A model generated the notes under the pieces. It was not told the origin of the DNA and did not search any database. It saw nothing but the letters and a program-made list of their open reading frames with translations. Positions 60,621 to 64,000 of a stretch of DNA of 64,000 nucleotides are shown in pieces. Source of the DNA: Heterodontus francisci (taxonomy: Eukaryota); contig NC_090380.1 of assembly GCF_036365525.1 (NCBI RefSeq), positions 96,743,942 through 96,807,941 of the forward strand. The letters are read 5' to 3'. The translations under genes and the position numbers were made by a program. Position 1 is the stretch's first letter; every line of letters begins with the position of its first letter.

Positions 60621-60919
60621 ATGATCAAAGGGTGCCTCCATGTTGAGGTGCCCTTGTGCTCGGCTGCCTACCTCAGCAGAATCCACCTTTTCTGGTGAGG
60701 CTGCCGGTCTGACATCACTGCGGACCCTCTGACTGGGCCTCCCTACTTCCCTGGTCGGCCCATCAACCTTAATTGCATGGGGCTCCTTGAGGCTGCTTCT
60801 CAATTGGCGGACTCCAGGAAGATCATGAATGACATCGCACCAGGGCCATTTCCAGGTTCCCGACGAGGAATTGAGGCTGACATCAAGATTGCAACCGACT
60901 TGGAAAATCAAGTCCAAAT

Positions 60920-62092
60920 GTTTCAAGTCAGCGACATTTTGTCAGAACAGAAAGATGTCAGGGATGTAACGGGTTTGAAGCGAATATAAAGGCAGAGTAA
61001 AGCGGGGAGGAAAAAGAACAAAAGGGAAGGTCTGTGATAGGGTAGCAGACAGGAGAGATTAAATGACAAAAGGGCTGATGGTGCAAGGCAAAAGGAGGTG
61101 GTAAAGGGACAAGTAAAGAAACAAAAGATGGGTTTAGAGGAGCTATAAATGGTAATAGCAATATTATTACCAGTAGCTGCTCTCTGAAAAAATGGGAGCA
61201 GTGGTTATGATCTGTTGAGACCAGTAGGCTGTAAAGTGCCTAATCAAAAGACTGTTCCTCGAGCTTACGTTGAGCTTCATTGGAACAGAGTAGGAGGCTG
61301 AGGACAGCAAGTTCAGAGTGGAGTGGGGCGGAGAATTAAAATGACAAGCGACTGGAAGCTCAGGATCACACTTGCAAACTGAGTGGAGGTGCTCCGCTAA
61401 GCGGTCATCCAGTCTGTGTTTGGTCTCCCCAGTGTAGAGTAGTGAATACATTATACTAAATTGAAAGAAGTACAAGTAAGTTGCTGTTTCACCTGGAAGG
61501 AGTGTTTGGGGCTCTGGACGGTGGGAAAGGAGGCGGAGAAGTGTCAGATGTTGCATCTCCTGCGCTTGCATGGGAAGGTGCTGTGGGAAAGGAAGTGGCG
61601 GTGATTGAGGAGTAGACTAGGGTGTCACAGAGGGAATGATCTCTTCGCAATGCTGAAAGAGGAGGGGAGGGGAAGATGGGTTTGGTGGTGGCATCATGCT
61701 GGAGGGAGTGGAAATGGCGGAGGATGATCTGTTGAATATGAAGGTTGATGAATGGAAGGTGAGGATAAGTGGAACCCTATCATGGTTCTGGGAGGAAGGG
61801 GAAGGGGCTGACAGCAGAAGTGCAGGAAGTGGGATGGACATGGTCAAGGGCCCTGTCAACCCAGGTGGAGGCGAAACCTCAGTTGAGGATAAAAGAAGAC
61901 ATATCAAAGCATTGGTTTGGAAGGTGGCATCATCAGAACAGATATAAACGAGGTGCAGAAACTTGGAGAATGGAATAGAGTCCTTACAGGAAGCGGGGTT
62001 TGAACTGGTATAATTAAGGTACCTGTGGAAGTCAGTTGACTTACAATGAATATTGGTTGACAGCCTATTCCAAGAAAGGGAGATAGAGAAGC
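60920..62092 (-). mobile_element. Penelope-like element 3' 1.2 kb (RT thumb region plus GIY-YIG)
   Basis: LLYTGETKHRLDDRLAEHL...PELPVACHFN; DRVPLILTFH. Confidence 0.85.
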
Positions 62093-62689
62093 CTGAGACA
62101 TGTGTGGGTTACAGCCCCCTCACTCTTGACTTCCTGTGCACTTCCCTACACAGTCTGCCTTACATATAACTCTAGTCTATGTGATGAATGACTTGTAGGG
62201 GCTGAACTTCTTCGGAGGAAATTCTGGATCATAACATCCTTTGACAGTAGCCCAGCAATTACAAAAAAGGTTCACCATCACTAACTTCTCAAGACACCTA
62301 AAGATGTAACATTCTCCACATCCTGAAACAACAATTATATCCCATCAGTGCATGTCACAAAACAAACATTTTTTAATTTTTACCCCTCCCCCCAAAAATC
62401 CCATCATTTTCACTTTAATTTTTAGCTTTCTTTCTTTTAGCATTTTCTTCAGTTGAGATTTCTGTTCTGCCCACTCTGAATCTCTTCTCCATTCTGACAG
62501 CAACTGAACACCTTAAGTTCTGGCTCATTGTCTCTTCCTGTGGTCTCATGCCCAACTCATATCTGCCCCACACTTTGAAAAGGGGAAATTAGATACAAAG
62601 AGTGAATTTAAATAACAAATTAGAAGTTGATTTACAAGAAAATGCAGAGAGTCATAGGAGAAAAAGATCAGAAGCCTTAAAAATGACAA

Positions 62690-62955
62690 AACAAATTAAA
62701 AAGGTCAAAAACGTAAGAGCGAAGAATGAAGACAGTGGGTCAAGCATACAGACTGGCAGGCAAGAAAGGTGAGAAGGAGGCAGAGAGACAGAGAGAGAGA
62801 TACAAGAGACAGACAGAGAGAGATACAGGGATGGACACAAACTGTAGGACAAGCATACACAGAAGGCAGGGGACATACATAAGAGAGGCAAAGAGAGGGA
62901 AAGGAGATGGAAAGAATGAGCAGGATTTGCAGGTAGATCCAGGGACAGCAAGAAA
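62690..62955 (+). repeat. GA/GACA-rich low-complexity tract
   Basis: AGAGACAGAGAGAGA-type degenerate repeats. Confidence 0.7.
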
Positions 62956-62957
62956 AA

Positions 62958-63811
62958 GAGCTGGATTCTGGAAGCTTGCCATCGAAAAATGGCAGCCTGC
63001 ACGGCAAAGAGCCTCCAAAATCTTAAGCGCGACAGCTCATTTAAATAGCTGGGGCAGCATGCACCCACCACCCCCCCCAATCATGTGGAGGGAGCGGGCT
63101 GTCCATCCCAGGCAATGGCATCAGCTACCTGTGCGCAGGCGCTGATGCTGTTTTTAAAGGGCTGTCAGCCCTACTGGCATATTTAAATTTTTGAAGACAT
63201 ATCCCCCCAGAATTACATAAATAAAGTTCCAACGCCCCTTTCGCACCCCCCCCCCCCCCCCATAACAATTGCATGAATTATTTGCCCTTCCCCTGCAAAA
63301 ACACTTACCTTTAACATCTGATCTTCCCCCTCCAAATCTGTACAAGTTTAAAGTACAACCCTTTCCACCATCCCCTACACCCATAACGTTTATTTGACAC
63401 TGTTCCCCCCCCCACTCTGCGCTGATAAACTTCCCTCCTCCCCCATTCCCACCAGTGTCATGCCTCGATTCCCCAGATGGGGATCTGAAGGCGCAGGAGT
63501 GCCGGCCGCCACGCTGAAGATCGCGGCAGGCCCTCAAGATCGCAGGTGAGTAAATACAAATTAATTATTTTTATTGATTTAAATATTCAAATTGTGGTCC
63601 CGTCGCCTATCGGCTGGGGGGGTGGGGGTGGGGGTGGGGGTGGGAGGGGGCTTGTGGGGGTCACCGAACCTCGCTGCTGGTAGGAAGATCGGGACAGTCC
63701 CTGCCAGCATCGAGGTCCATGGTGGGCCTCATCTGAAGCCACCTTCAGGCACCCCCTCCCCCCACCACCAGCAAAGGATCATGACGTCGGGGGCTGTTTA
63801 AAATCCAGCCC
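62958..63811. mobile_element. PIF/Harbinger-type MITE, opposite-orientation relative of 6053-6719
   Basis: GAGCTGGATT ... AAAATCCAGCCC; 3-bp TSD AAA; terminal regions homologous to the reverse complement of the 6053 element. Confidence 0.7.
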
Positions 63812-64000
63812 AAAGTATCTCAGCTCTACAGAAAGATTAGACAGTTGCATGAGTGAGACAAAGAATGAAGAAATGGCAAACAAGCAGGGAGACAGATACT
63901 TGGAGAGATGTGCAATTTTTATTTGTCTCTGCCTGTGAGCAACATTAGAGAATATATGTGTACATGATGGCAACCCATCAATAAGAGACCGTGGAGTGGT

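Noticed and set aside
62652-63145. Overlapping 92-142 aa ORFs
   Set aside because: They arise from a GA-rich low-complexity tract and a MITE end
1-64000. CRISPR arrays, operons or prokaryotic defence systems (RT ORFs as retron, DGR or group II intron)
   Set aside because: All RTs carry non-LTR retrotransposon motifs in a vertebrate repeat context; no regular repeat-spacer array was seen

Overview
Eukaryotic, repeat-dense, apparently non-coding DNA from a cartilaginous fish, most likely a shark. This is inferred from HE1/V-SINE-like, SacSINE1/DeuSINE-like and HER1/CR1-like repeats; the species cannot be fixed from the sequence alone. No host gene, rRNA, true tRNA or CRISPR array is recognisable. 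The window is a stack of nested mobile elements: many CR1 LINE fragments, two young RTE LINEs (one with an intact 522-aa RT ORF), Penelope-like fragments carrying minimal hammerhead ribozymes, an internally deleted Gypsy provirus with both LTRs and a TSD, solo LTRs, Harbinger-type MITEs plus a broken Harbinger Myb gene, and a hAT MITE. The standout is a ~3.3-kb LINE at 25630-28903 (- strand). Its 5' end is a tRNA-derived A-box/B-box head, it has no ORF1 and no in-frame AUG before the endonuclease, and by manual scan its sense strand has no TTTT run (the Pol III terminator). A SINE at 5089-5457 consists of its head joined to its tail. Together these suggest a candidate Pol III-transcribed autonomous retrotransposon with its own internal-deletion SINE. 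Family names are from recall and counts are by eye; both need computational confirmation.
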